NCBI GenBank assembly: GCA_965644265.1 | Contig: OZ286459.1 | Coordinates: forward strand, 59,210,001-59,274,000 | Direction of reading: 5' to 3' | DNA length: 64,000 nt | Source of the DNA: Glycera tridactyla | Lineage: Eukaryota | In this document: piece after piece, positions 49,683 through 60,700 of the stretch | How positions within the stretch are numbered: position 1 is the first letter of the stretch | Layout: every line of letters begins with the position of its first letter | Notes under the pieces: generated by a model | The model's database searches: none | Told to the model about the DNA's origin: nothing | The model's input: only the letters and a program-made list of their open reading frames with translations | Position numbers and translations under genes: made by a program

Positions 49683-50000
49683 TATCCAGTTGTGTATAAT
49701 CAATGTATGAATAACATGAATCCGTTGTATACTCGCCAGAAACATTGAACTATACAATCGAATGCCAACTTCTTCCCGGACGGTGTTCGCTCACACGTTA
49801 GATGTCAAGTAGTGAGAAACTTCATCATCGCTAGTACTGAGCGACTTACCGGCGAATACATGCATTGTAACTCGCCTAGATGAAATGATGTCTTTCATAT
49901 CCAGCTGTGTATAACCCATGTATAAATTGCGCGAATCCGTCGTATACTCGCCAAAAACAGTGAACTATTGAGTGAAAGGCAGCTTCTTCCCTGCGCGCCA
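49683..50000. repeat. Diverged direct duplication, period ~215 bp
   Basis: TATCCAG.TGTGTATAA...GAATCCGT.GTATACTCGCCA.AAACA.TGAACTA occurs at 49683 and 49898. Confidence 0.6.
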
Positions 50001-50816
50001 TGTTTGCTGGCTGTAATGACGTCACGGAGGGGTTTCCCCAGTAATTGCGCAGTCTTTGACCACTGTGTCGCTTTACAAAAAAATATTTTTCTTTCTCAAC
50101 GTTCTAAGGCAGTTATTCATTTGCAATATCCAAGTTTAGCATTATTAGATGGAATCGCTAATATTTTCAACACAAATCGCTTATTTTTCATGCAGTTTTG
50201 GTTTAATTCTGAAGGTTCTATAGCAGCCGTTTACAAATGGTTGCCTACTTACTGTGTGAGGTGAACCTTGTCAAACCACTCCATAATATAGACGATAGTA
50301 TCGTCTATAATGAGAGGGAGTCCCAAACCGAAAACAGTACCGTCTCCGACGGAAAAATATTGTAATGAGATTGTTCTGAAGAATCGTGCCATAAGACCCG
50401 AGGATATATACAAAATATACGCAACAATGTAGCATACAACTATGACAGATCGGAGCTCTTAAGGTCGAGTGGTTCAAAACAGAAGATAGGGCCTATGGCA
50501 TGCCCAACCACCACCCACTGTATCTTTCTGCATGCTCTTAATACTTCATTAGACTGGCTACTTAATGCAAACTGTATTACTTATTCGTAAACCCCGTGTC
50601 CCAAGTGGCCAAGTCCATTCAGGGGTCGGATAATGAATGATGCATGTGTAGGACGACGTGTGGCAAACTCAATGTGTCCATACGGGCTTCCATAATATAA
50701 GTGGATTGATGATGTGGACTCCGGCCCGGCGTCAGCTGTGCCCCACTGCCCTCGAGTGATTACGACGATCGGTTGCCAGCGCGCCGTATACTGGTATATA
50801 CAAAACACATCCAAGA

Positions 50817-50993
50817 ATGCCGCTCGAATTCGCCGCAAATATTACTTGGCTATTCACTGAGGTGGAGAAGCTCGAAGATCGATATGAGGCTGCCAAGAAA
50901 GCCGGATTTCAGGCGGTGGAGTGTGCCTACCCCGGCGACGTTCAGGCCGAGGTCCTCGCACAAGCCCGGGAGGCATCGGGTCATGGGGCTGAC
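50817..50993 (+). CDS. HYI: Hydroxypyruvate isomerase (HYI) first coding exon; 3' boundary uncertain, remainder not found in window
   Basis: MPLEFAANITWLFTEVEKLEDRYEAAKKAGFQAVECAYPGDVQAEVLAQAREASG matches the HYI N-terminus (F.AN.S.LF.E...R..AA..AGF.AVE..P). Similarity stops at ~50981. Candidate donors: G|GTCATG (50980, weak) or GAC|GTGAGC (50994). Confidence 0.75.
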
Positions 50994-51395
50994 GTGAGCA
51001 GACAATACGGATATCGGGTCGGGCACGCACGTAACGTGCGGCCCGCACAAACCGCATCCTACGACTATCCATGTTGCTAGGCAACCCTAGAGCGGTGAAC
51101 GAACCGCACATTCNNNNNNNNNNNNNNNNNNNNNNNNNNNNNNNNNNNNNNNNNNNNNNNNNNNNNNNNNNNNNNNNNNNNNNNNNNNNNNNNNNNNNNN
51201 NNNNNNNNNNNNNNNNNNNNNNNNNNNNNNNNNNNNNNNNNNNNNNNNNNNNNNNNNNNNNNNNNNNNNNNNNNTGTGAGAGTGATGTCTGCAGGGGAGA
51301 GACCATCTAGCTTTCATTAACCAGGAACACACGGAATACATAATCCTGTGGGTTGATACATGCCGTTAAGCCTCAAACAAACAAACAAACAAACA

Positions 51396-51458
<63 letters not shown>

Positions 51459-51683
51459 ATAATAGTGAGTGCTTCTCTTTCTCTTGGTCTCTCTCACACA
51501 CACATACACACGAACACACACACACGCACATACACTTTTAGTGGGTGGGTCTCTCTCCCTCCCCTCTTTCTCTCTAATCACATCGTTTCTCACTGTCATC
51601 TCCTCTGTCCCTCTCCCTTTATATATATAGCCCTCTCTCAGCATGTTTTTCCCCATTTCTCTCTACATGAACCTGCCTGGCTG

Positions 51684-51756
51684 TCTGACTGACTGACTGA
51701 CTGACTGACTGACTGACTGACTGACTGACTGACTGACTGACTGACTGACTGACTGA
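51684..51756. repeat. (GACT)n microsatellite forming the left boundary of the satellite array
   Basis: About 18 perfect units abutting the first satellite base. Confidence 0.9.
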
Positions 51757-54700
51757 AGGTCGTTTTCATGAAAAATGGCCAATTTCAGACTTCCAACATT
51801 TCTGGCAGCCAAAAGCTGAGACAGATTCTGCCTAAATGGTGATGGAAGACACTCTAGGGTCCAAGGATGTGGGTTCAGTTGAGAAATGGGCAGCGGAACC
51901 CCATTTTAATACATGGGGTAAGTAACCGAGGTGGGTAGTGGCATTTTGATGGAACACGGCCATTTTCAGAGTTTAGATGATTCTGGCAGCCAAAAGCTGA
52001 GACAGATCCTGCCAAAATGGTGATGGAAGGCACTCTAGGGAGCAGGGATGCAGTATCAGTTGAGAAATGGGCAGCGGAACCCCATTTGATCCCTTGAGGT
52101 CTGTGAACCTGAGATGGCGCTAAGGTCTTTTTCATCAAAAATGGCCAATTTCAGACTTTCCACATTTCTGGCAGCCAAAAGCTGAGACAGATTCTGCCCG
52201 TACCCGGATGGAAGACACTCCAGGGTCCAAGAATGCAGGATCAGTTGAGAAATGAGCAGCGGAACCCCATTTTAATACATGGGGTAAGTAACCCAGGTGG
52301 GTAGTGGCCTTTTGATGAAAGATGGCCATTTTCAGAGTTTGAACGATTCTGGCAGCCAAAGCTGAGACAGATTCTGCCTAAATGGTGATGGAAGACACTC
52401 TAGGGTCCAAGGATGCGGGTCCAATTGAGAACTAGGCAGCGGAACCCCATTTGAACCCGTGGGGTCTGTGAACCAAGGGTGGTGGTAGGGTCGTTTTCAT
52501 GAAAAATGGCCGATTTCAGACTTTCAACATTTCTGGCAGCCAAAAGCTGAGACAGATTCTGCCTAAATGGTGATGGAAGACACTCTAGGGTCCAAGGATG
52601 AGGGTTCAGTTGTGAAATGGGCAGCGGAACCCCATTTTAATACATGGGGTAAAAAAAAAACCAGGTGGGCAGTGGCATTTTGATGGAAGATGGCCATTTT
52701 CAGATTTTGAACGATTCTTGCAGCCAAAAGCTAAGACAGATTCTGCCTAAATGGTGATGGAAGACACTCTAGGGTCCAAGGATGCAGGATCAGTTGAAAA
52801 TTGGGCAGCGGAACCCCATTTGAACCCGTGGGGTCTGTGAACCTGAGATGGTGCTAGGGTCGTTTTCATGAAAAATGGCCAATTTCAGACTATCAACATC
52901 TCTGGCAGCCAAAAGCTGAAAGAGATTTCGCCGGTACGCTGATGGAAGACACTCCATGGTCCAAGGATGCAGGATCAGTTGAGAAATGAGCAGCGGATCC
53001 CCATTTTAATAGATGGGGTAAGTAACCCAGGTGGGTAGTGGCATTTTGATGGAAGTTGGCCATTTTCAGAGTTTGAACGATTCTGGCAGCCAAAAGCTGA
53101 GACAGATTCTGCCTAAATGGTGATGGAAGACACTCTAGGGTCCAAGGATGCGAGTTCAGTTGAGAAATGGGCAGCGGAACCCCATTTCAACACATGGGGT
53201 AAGTAACCGAGGTGGGTGGTGACATTTTGATGGAAGATGGCCCTTTTCAGAGTTTAGATGATTCTGGCAGCCAAAAGCTGAGACAGATTCTGCCTAAATG
53301 GTGATGGAAGACACTCTAGGGTGCAAGGATGCAGGATCAGTTGAGAAATGAGCAGCGGAACCCCATTTGGACCTGTGGGGGTCTGTGAACCTAGGGTGGT
53401 GGTAGGGTCGTTTTCATGAAAAAATGGCCAATTTCAGACTTTCAACATTTCTGCCAGCCAAAGGCTGAGACAGATTCTGCCCATATGCTGATGTAAGACA
53501 CTCCAGGGTCCAAGGATGCAGGATCAGTTAAGAAATGGGCAGCGGAACCCCATTTGAACCTGTGGGGTCTTCGAACCTAGGGTGGTGGTAGGGAGGTTTT
53601 CATGAAAAATGGCCAATTTCGGACTTTCAACATTTCTGGCAGCCAAAAGCTAAGACAGATTCTGCCTAAATGGTGATGGAAGACACTCTAGGGTGCAAGG
53701 ATGCAGGATCAGTTGAGAAATGGGCAGCGGAACCCCATTTGAACCCGTGGGGTCTGTGAACCTGAGATAGTGCTAGGGTCGTTTTCATGAAAAATTGCTA
53801 GTTTCAGACTTTCAACATTTCTGGCAGCCGAAAGCTGAGACAGATTCTGCCCGTACGCTGATGGGAGACACTCGAGGGTCCAAGGACGCAGTATCAGTTG
53901 AAAAATGAGCAGCGGAACCCCATTTTAATACATGGGTAAGCAACCCAGGTGGGTAGTGGCATTTTGATGGAAGTTGGCCATTTTCAGAGTTTGAACGATT
54001 CTTGCAGCCAAAAGCTAAGACAGATTCTGCCTAAATGGTGATGGAAGACACTCTAGGGTCCAAGGATGAGGGTTCAGTTGTGAAATGGGCAGCGGAACCC
54101 CATTTTAATACATGGGGTAAGAAACCCAGGTGGGCAGTGGCATTTTGATGGAAGATGGCCATTTTCAGATTTTGAACGATTCTTGCAGCCAAAAGCTGAG
54201 ACAGATTCTGCCTGAATGGTGATGGAAGACACTCTAGGGTCCAAGGATGAGGGTTCAGTTGTGAAATGGGCAGCGGAACCCCATTTCAATACATGGGGTA
54301 AGAAACCCAGGTGGGCAGTGGCATTTTGATGGAAGATGGCCATTTTCAGATTTTGAACGATTCTGGCAGCCAAAAGCTAAGACAGATTCTGCCTAAATGG
54401 TGATGGAAGACACTCTAGGGTGCAAGGATGCAGGATCAGTTGAAAATTGGGCAGCAGAACCCCATTTGAACCCGTGGGGTCTGTGAACCTGAGATGGTGC
54501 TAGGGTCGTTTTCATGAAAAATGGCCAATTTCAGACTTTCAACATTTATGGCAGCCAAAAGCTGAGAGAGATTTTGCCGGTACGCTGATGGAAGACACTC
54601 CATGGTCCAAGGATGCAGGATCAGTTGAGAAATGAGCAGCTGATCCCCATTTTAATACATGGGGTAAGTAACCCAGGTGGGTAGTGGCATTTTGATGGAA

Positions 54701-57700
54701 GTTGGCCATTTTCAGAGTTTGAACGATTCTGGCAGCCAAAAGCTGAGACAGATTCTGCCTAAATGGTGATGGAAGACACTCTAGGGTCCAAGGATGCGGG
54801 TTCAGTTGAGAAATGAGCAGCGGAACCCCATTTCAACACATGGGGTAAGTAACCGAGGTGGTTATGGCATTTTGATGGAAGATGGCTCTTCAGAGTTTGG
54901 ATGATTCTGGCAGCCAAAAGCTGAGACAGATTCTGCCTAAATGGTGATGGAAGACACTCTAGGGTCCAAGGATGCGGGTTCAGTTGAGAAATGAGCAGCG
55001 GAACCCCATTTCAACACATGGGGTAAGTTATCGAGGTGGGTAGTGGCATTTTGATGGAAGTTGGCCATTTTCAGAGTTTGAACAATTCCAGCAGCCAAAA
55101 GCTGAGACAGATTCTGCCTAAATGGTGATGGAAGACACTCTAGGGTGCAAGGATGCAGGATCAGTTGAGAAATGAGCAGCGGATCCCCATTTGAACCTGT
55201 TGGGGTCTGTGAACCTAGGGTGATGGTAAGGTCGTTTTCATGAAAAAAATGGCCAATTTCAGACTTTCAACATTTCTGCCAGCCAAAAGCTGAGACAGAT
55301 TCTGCCCATATGCTGATGTAAGACACTCCAGGGTCCAAGGATGCAGGATCAGTTGAGAAATGGGCAGCGGAACCCCATTTGAACCCGTGGGGTCTGTGAA
55401 CCTAGGGTGGTGATAGGGTCGTTTTCATGGAAAATGGCCAATTTCGGACTTTCAACATTTCTGGCAGCCAAAAGCTGAGACAGATTCTGCCTAAATGGTG
55501 ATGGAAGACACTCTAGGGTGCAAGGATGCAGGATCAGTTGAGAAATGAGCAGCGGAACCCCATTTGAACCTGTGGGGGTCTGTGAACCTAGGGTGGTGGT
55601 AGGGTCGTTTTCATGAAAAAATGGCCAATTTCAGACTTTCAACATTTCTGCCAGCCAAAGGCTGAGACATATTCTGCCCATATGCCGATGTAAGACACTC
55701 CAGGGTCCAAGGATGCAGGATCAGTTGAGAAATGGGCAGCGGAACCCCATTTGAACCCGTGGGGTCTTCGAACCTAGGGTGGTGGTAGGGAGGTTTTCAT
55801 GAAAAATGGCCAATTTCGGACTTTCAACATTTCTTGCAGCCAAAAGCTAAGACAGATTCTGCCTAAATGGTAGTGGAAGACACTCTAGGGTCCAAGGATG
55901 CTGGATCAGTTTCGAAATGGGCAGCGGAACCCCATTTTGATACATGGGGTGAGAAACCCAGGTGGGCAGTGGCATTTTGATGGAAGATGGCCATTTTCAG
56001 ATTTTGAACGATTCTTGCAGCCAAAAGCTGAGACAGATTCTGCCAAAATGGTGATGGGAGACACTCTAGGGTCCAAGGATGCAGGATCAGTTGAAAATTG
56101 GGCAGCGGAACCCCATTTGAACCCTTGGGGTCTGTGAACCTGAGATGGTGCTAGGGTCGTTTTCATGAAAAATGGCCAATTTCAGACTTTCAACATTTCT
56201 GGCAGCCAAAAGCTGAGACAGATTCTGCCCGTACGCTGATGGAAGACACTTGAGGGTCCAAAGATGCAGTATCAGTTGAGAAATGAGCAGCGGAACCCCA
56301 TTTTAATACATGGGGTAAGTAACCCAGGTGGGTAGTGGCATTTTGATGGAAGTTGGCCATTTTCAGAGTTTGAACGATTCTTGCAGCCAAAAGCTGAGAC
56401 AGATTCTGCCAAAATGGTGATGGAAGACACTCTAGGGTCTAAGGATGAGGGTTCAGTTGTGAAATGGGCAGCGGAACCCCATTTCAACACATGGGGTAAG
56501 TAACCGAGGTGGGTGTAAGATGTAAGATGTAAGATACTTTATTTTTCAACGAATGTCAGATACAATTGCCTGTAATAAGCACAGACTTTTCCAGCATATC
56601 GTTGTAAATAAATTGTTAGTAGCAACACAAAAATGGTGTTATTTTACATATAAAGTCACATAACAAGTAACCTATAGGAAAACAAAAATTGTTTGCTTTA
56701 TGGATCAGATAACAATGATCGATTTCAGTATACATGTAATATAGAGTATTATATAAAAATAGAAGCATGTATTAAAATTTTATATTTTATTTTTAGGGGC
56801 ATCAGAATGCATATGAGGTATAAGATATTCATCAGATATGTAAGAATGATTTCAATCTGGTCTTAAATTCTGGAACTGGTAAAACTTCAAGATTATCAAA
56901 TTTCCTTGCATATTTATTCCATGTTTGTGGTGATCTGAAAGTAAAATTCTTTTCACAGAATTTCGTGTTTGTTTTCCTTATTGTAAGTTTGGTTTCCAAT
57001 TGGTATCTTGTTGAATATCCATGAGTGATTGATTCCACCCGGCAAAAAGCTTTGAAATCTTCAGGTGCATCATGTTGAAGAAATTTGTTTGTTTGAGTCA
57101 AAACATGTTCGTCTCTACGTATGTCAAGTGGGAGTACATCCAATTCTTTATGAATCTCAATTGTACCGTAACGCTTAGGTTTACCGGCAATAGATTTCAA
57201 GGCAAAATTTTGTATTCTTTGCAAGATTTGTTGATTTCTCATATTTGTTCCCCCATATATTACATCACAATAGTCCACTATTGGCAAGATCAGGCTCTTG
57301 TAAAGCATTAAAGATGTATTTTTGTCAAGAATCGGCCGAAGCCTATTCAAAAACCTGATCTTACCAATTGTCTTCCTGCGTACATATTCTATATGTTCAT
57401 TGTAATTCAGGTGACTGTCTAGAATCACACCAAGATACTTGAATTTTGGCACCACTTCTACTTCTGTATTTTCCAGGTATATTCTTAAGGCTGTAAATTT
57501 CTTCACCATGGGGATTGTGCCAAAAATCATGATTTTAGTCTTTTTTATATTCAGTGATAATTTGTTTGCCGCTAACCATTTTGCAATATCTTTGAGACTC
57601 TTTCCCAGCTTATGACTTAGTTCCAAGATATTATTACTAGTTTCTGTGATAGCAGTATCATCTGCATATAAGTTTAATTTGGATGATGTTAAAAATGATG

Positions 57701-60700
57701 GTAGATCATTTACGTATACCGAAAATAGAAGTGGTCCCAAGATTGAACCTTGCGGAACTCCACAGTTAATAACAGCCAGATCAGAAATTTCCGAATCAAC
57801 CTTGGTATAACATTCTCTGTCAGACAAATAACTCTTCACCCATGACACAGCATTATCATTGAAACCATACCTTTTCAATTTTCCCAGAAGGATGGTGTGG
57901 TCCACCGTGTCGAAAGCTTTTTTCAGGTCCAGGAAGATCACTCCACTCTGACATCCCTTATCAATACCTTTATAGATATTATCAAGAAAATCTATTAAAC
58001 AAGTTGTTGTGGAGCGACCCTTCCTGAAACCTGATTGTTCTCGACACAGTAGACCAAACCTCTCAAAATAAGACATGAATTGAATTTGGATGATTTTTTC
58101 TAGTAATTTACTAACTGGAATGAGCAGACTTATGGGTCTATAATTATTGGCATCTGAGAGAGATCCTTCCTTGTGTAAAGGCGAAATTGTTGCCTTTTTC
58201 CAACATTCAGGAAATTTCCCAGTTTTAATACTTAAATTGATGATAAAAGTCAAGGCTTCACAGATTACTGGTGCAATCTGTTTGACAAATTTGTTTGATA
58301 ACAAATCCTCCATACCTGCCTTACTAGGCTGTACCACCTCTAAGAGCGGTTGAAGGTCATTAGAGCTGATTTCAGAGAGAGAGAAGGCATCTAACAAGTT
58401 ACATGTAATAGAATCCAGTGGGTCAATTTCACTACTTGGGATAGTTTTAGAGAGATTCGAGCCAATTTCACTGAAAAACATGTTCATTTCATTTGCAATT
58501 TCCTTACTGTCAGTTTTACCATTTATATTTTTGATCTTTGTATTGGATTTATTAGAAGGCCAGAAATGTCGGATAGTTTTCCATAAACCTTTAGGATTGA
58601 ATTGATTTTCATTCAATTTATTTTTGATATAATTACGCATTAACGACAATGGTGACATTTTGATGGAAGATGGCCCTTTTCAGAGTTTAGATGATTCTGG
58701 CAGCCAAAAGCTGAGACAGATTCTGCCTAAATGGTGATGGAAGACACTCTAGGGTGCAAGGATGCAGGATCAGTTGAGAAATGAGCAGCGGAACCCCATT
58801 TGAACCTGTGGGGGTCTGTGAACCTAGGGTGGTGGTAGGGTCGTTTTCATGAAAAAATGGCCAATTTCAGACTTTCAACATTTCTGCCAGCCAAAGGCTG
58901 AGACAGATTCTGCCCATATGCTGATGTAAGACACTCCAGGGTCCAAGGATGCAGGATCAGTTAAGAAATGGGCAGCGGAACCCCATTTGAACCCGTGGGG
59001 TCTTCGAACCTAGGGTGGTGGTAGGGAGGTTTTCATGAAAAATGGCCAATTTCAGACTTTCAACATTTCTGCCAGCCAAAGGCTGAGACAGATTCTGCCC
59101 ATATGCTGATGTAAGACACTCCAGGGTCCAAGGATGCAGGATCAGTTAAGAAATGGGCAGCGGAACCCCATTTGAACCCGTGGGGTCTGTGAACCTGAGA
59201 TAGTGCTAGGGTCGTTTTCATGAAAAATTGCTAGTTTCAGACTTTCAACATTTCTGGCAGCCGAAAGCTGAGACAGATTCTGCCCGTACGCTGATGGGAG
59301 ACACTCGAGGGTCCAAGGACGCAGTATCAGTTGAAAAATGAGCAGCGGAACCCCATTTTAATACATGGGTAAGCAACCCAGGTGGGTAGTGGCATTTTGA
59401 TGGAAGTTGGCCATTTTCAGAGTTTGAACGATTCTTGCAGCCAAAAGCTAAGACAGATTCTGCCTAAATGGTGATGGAAGACACTCTAGGGTCCAAGGAT
59501 GAGGGTTCAGTTGTGAAATGGGCAGCGGAACCCTATTTCAATACATGGGGTAAGAAACCCAGGTGGGCAGTGGCATTTTGATGGAAGATGGCCATTTTCA
59601 GATTTTGAACGATTCTTGCAGCCAAAAGCTGAGACAGATTCTGCCTGAATGGTGATGGAAGACACTCTAGGGTCCAAGGATGAGGGTTCAGTTGTGAAAT
59701 GGGCAGCGGAACCCCATTTCAATACATGGGGTAAGAAACCCAGGTGGGCAGTGGCATTTTGATGGAAGATGGCCATTTTCAGATTTTGAACGATTCTGGC
59801 AGCCAAAAGCTAAGACAGATTCTGCCTAAATGGTGATGGAAGACACTCTAGGGTGCAAGGATGCAGGATCAGTTGAAAATTGGGCAGCAGAACCCCATTT
59901 GAACCCGTGGGGTCTGTGAACCTGAGATGGTGCTAGGGTCGTTTTCATGAAAAATGGCCAATTTCAGACTTTCAACATTTCTGGCAGCCAAAAGCTGAGA
60001 GAGATTTTGCCGGTACGCTGATGGAAGACACTCCATGGTCCAAGGATGCAGGATCAGTTGGGAAATGAGCAGCTGATCCCCATTTTAATACATGGGGTAA
60101 GTAACCCAGGTGGGTAGTGGCATTTTGATGGAAGTTGGCCATTTTCAGAGTTTGAACGATTCTGGCAGCCAAAAGCTGAGACAGATTCTGCCTAAATGGT
60201 GATGGAAGACACTCTAGGGTCCAAGGATGCGGGTTCAGTTGAGAAATGAGCAGCGGAACCCCATTTCAACACATGGGGTAAGTAACCGAGGTGGTTATGG
60301 CATTTTGATGGAAGATGGCTCTTTTCAGAGTTTGGATGATTCTGGCAGCCAAAAGCTGAGACAGATTCTGCCTAAATGGTGATGGAAGACACTCCATGGT
60401 CCAAGGATGCGGGTTCAGTTGAGAAATGAGCAGCGGAACCCCATTTCAACACATGGGGTAAGTTATCGAGGTGGGTAGTGGCATTTTGATGGAAGTTGGC
60501 CATTTTCAGAGTTTGAACAATTCCAGCAGCCAAAAGCTGAGACAGATTCTGCCTAAATGGTGATGGAAGACACTCTAGGGTGCAAGGATGCAGGATCAGT
60601 TGAGAAATGAGCAGCGGATCCCCATTTGAACCTGTTGGGGTCTGTGAACCTAGGGTGATGGTAAGGTCGTTTTCATGAAAAAAATGGCCAATTTCAGACT

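Noticed and set aside
2080-51274. ORFs running through N blocks (X-containing translations)
   Set aside because: These are artefacts of unknown bases being read as non-stop. N content cannot be interpreted and may hide small exons or repeat heads.
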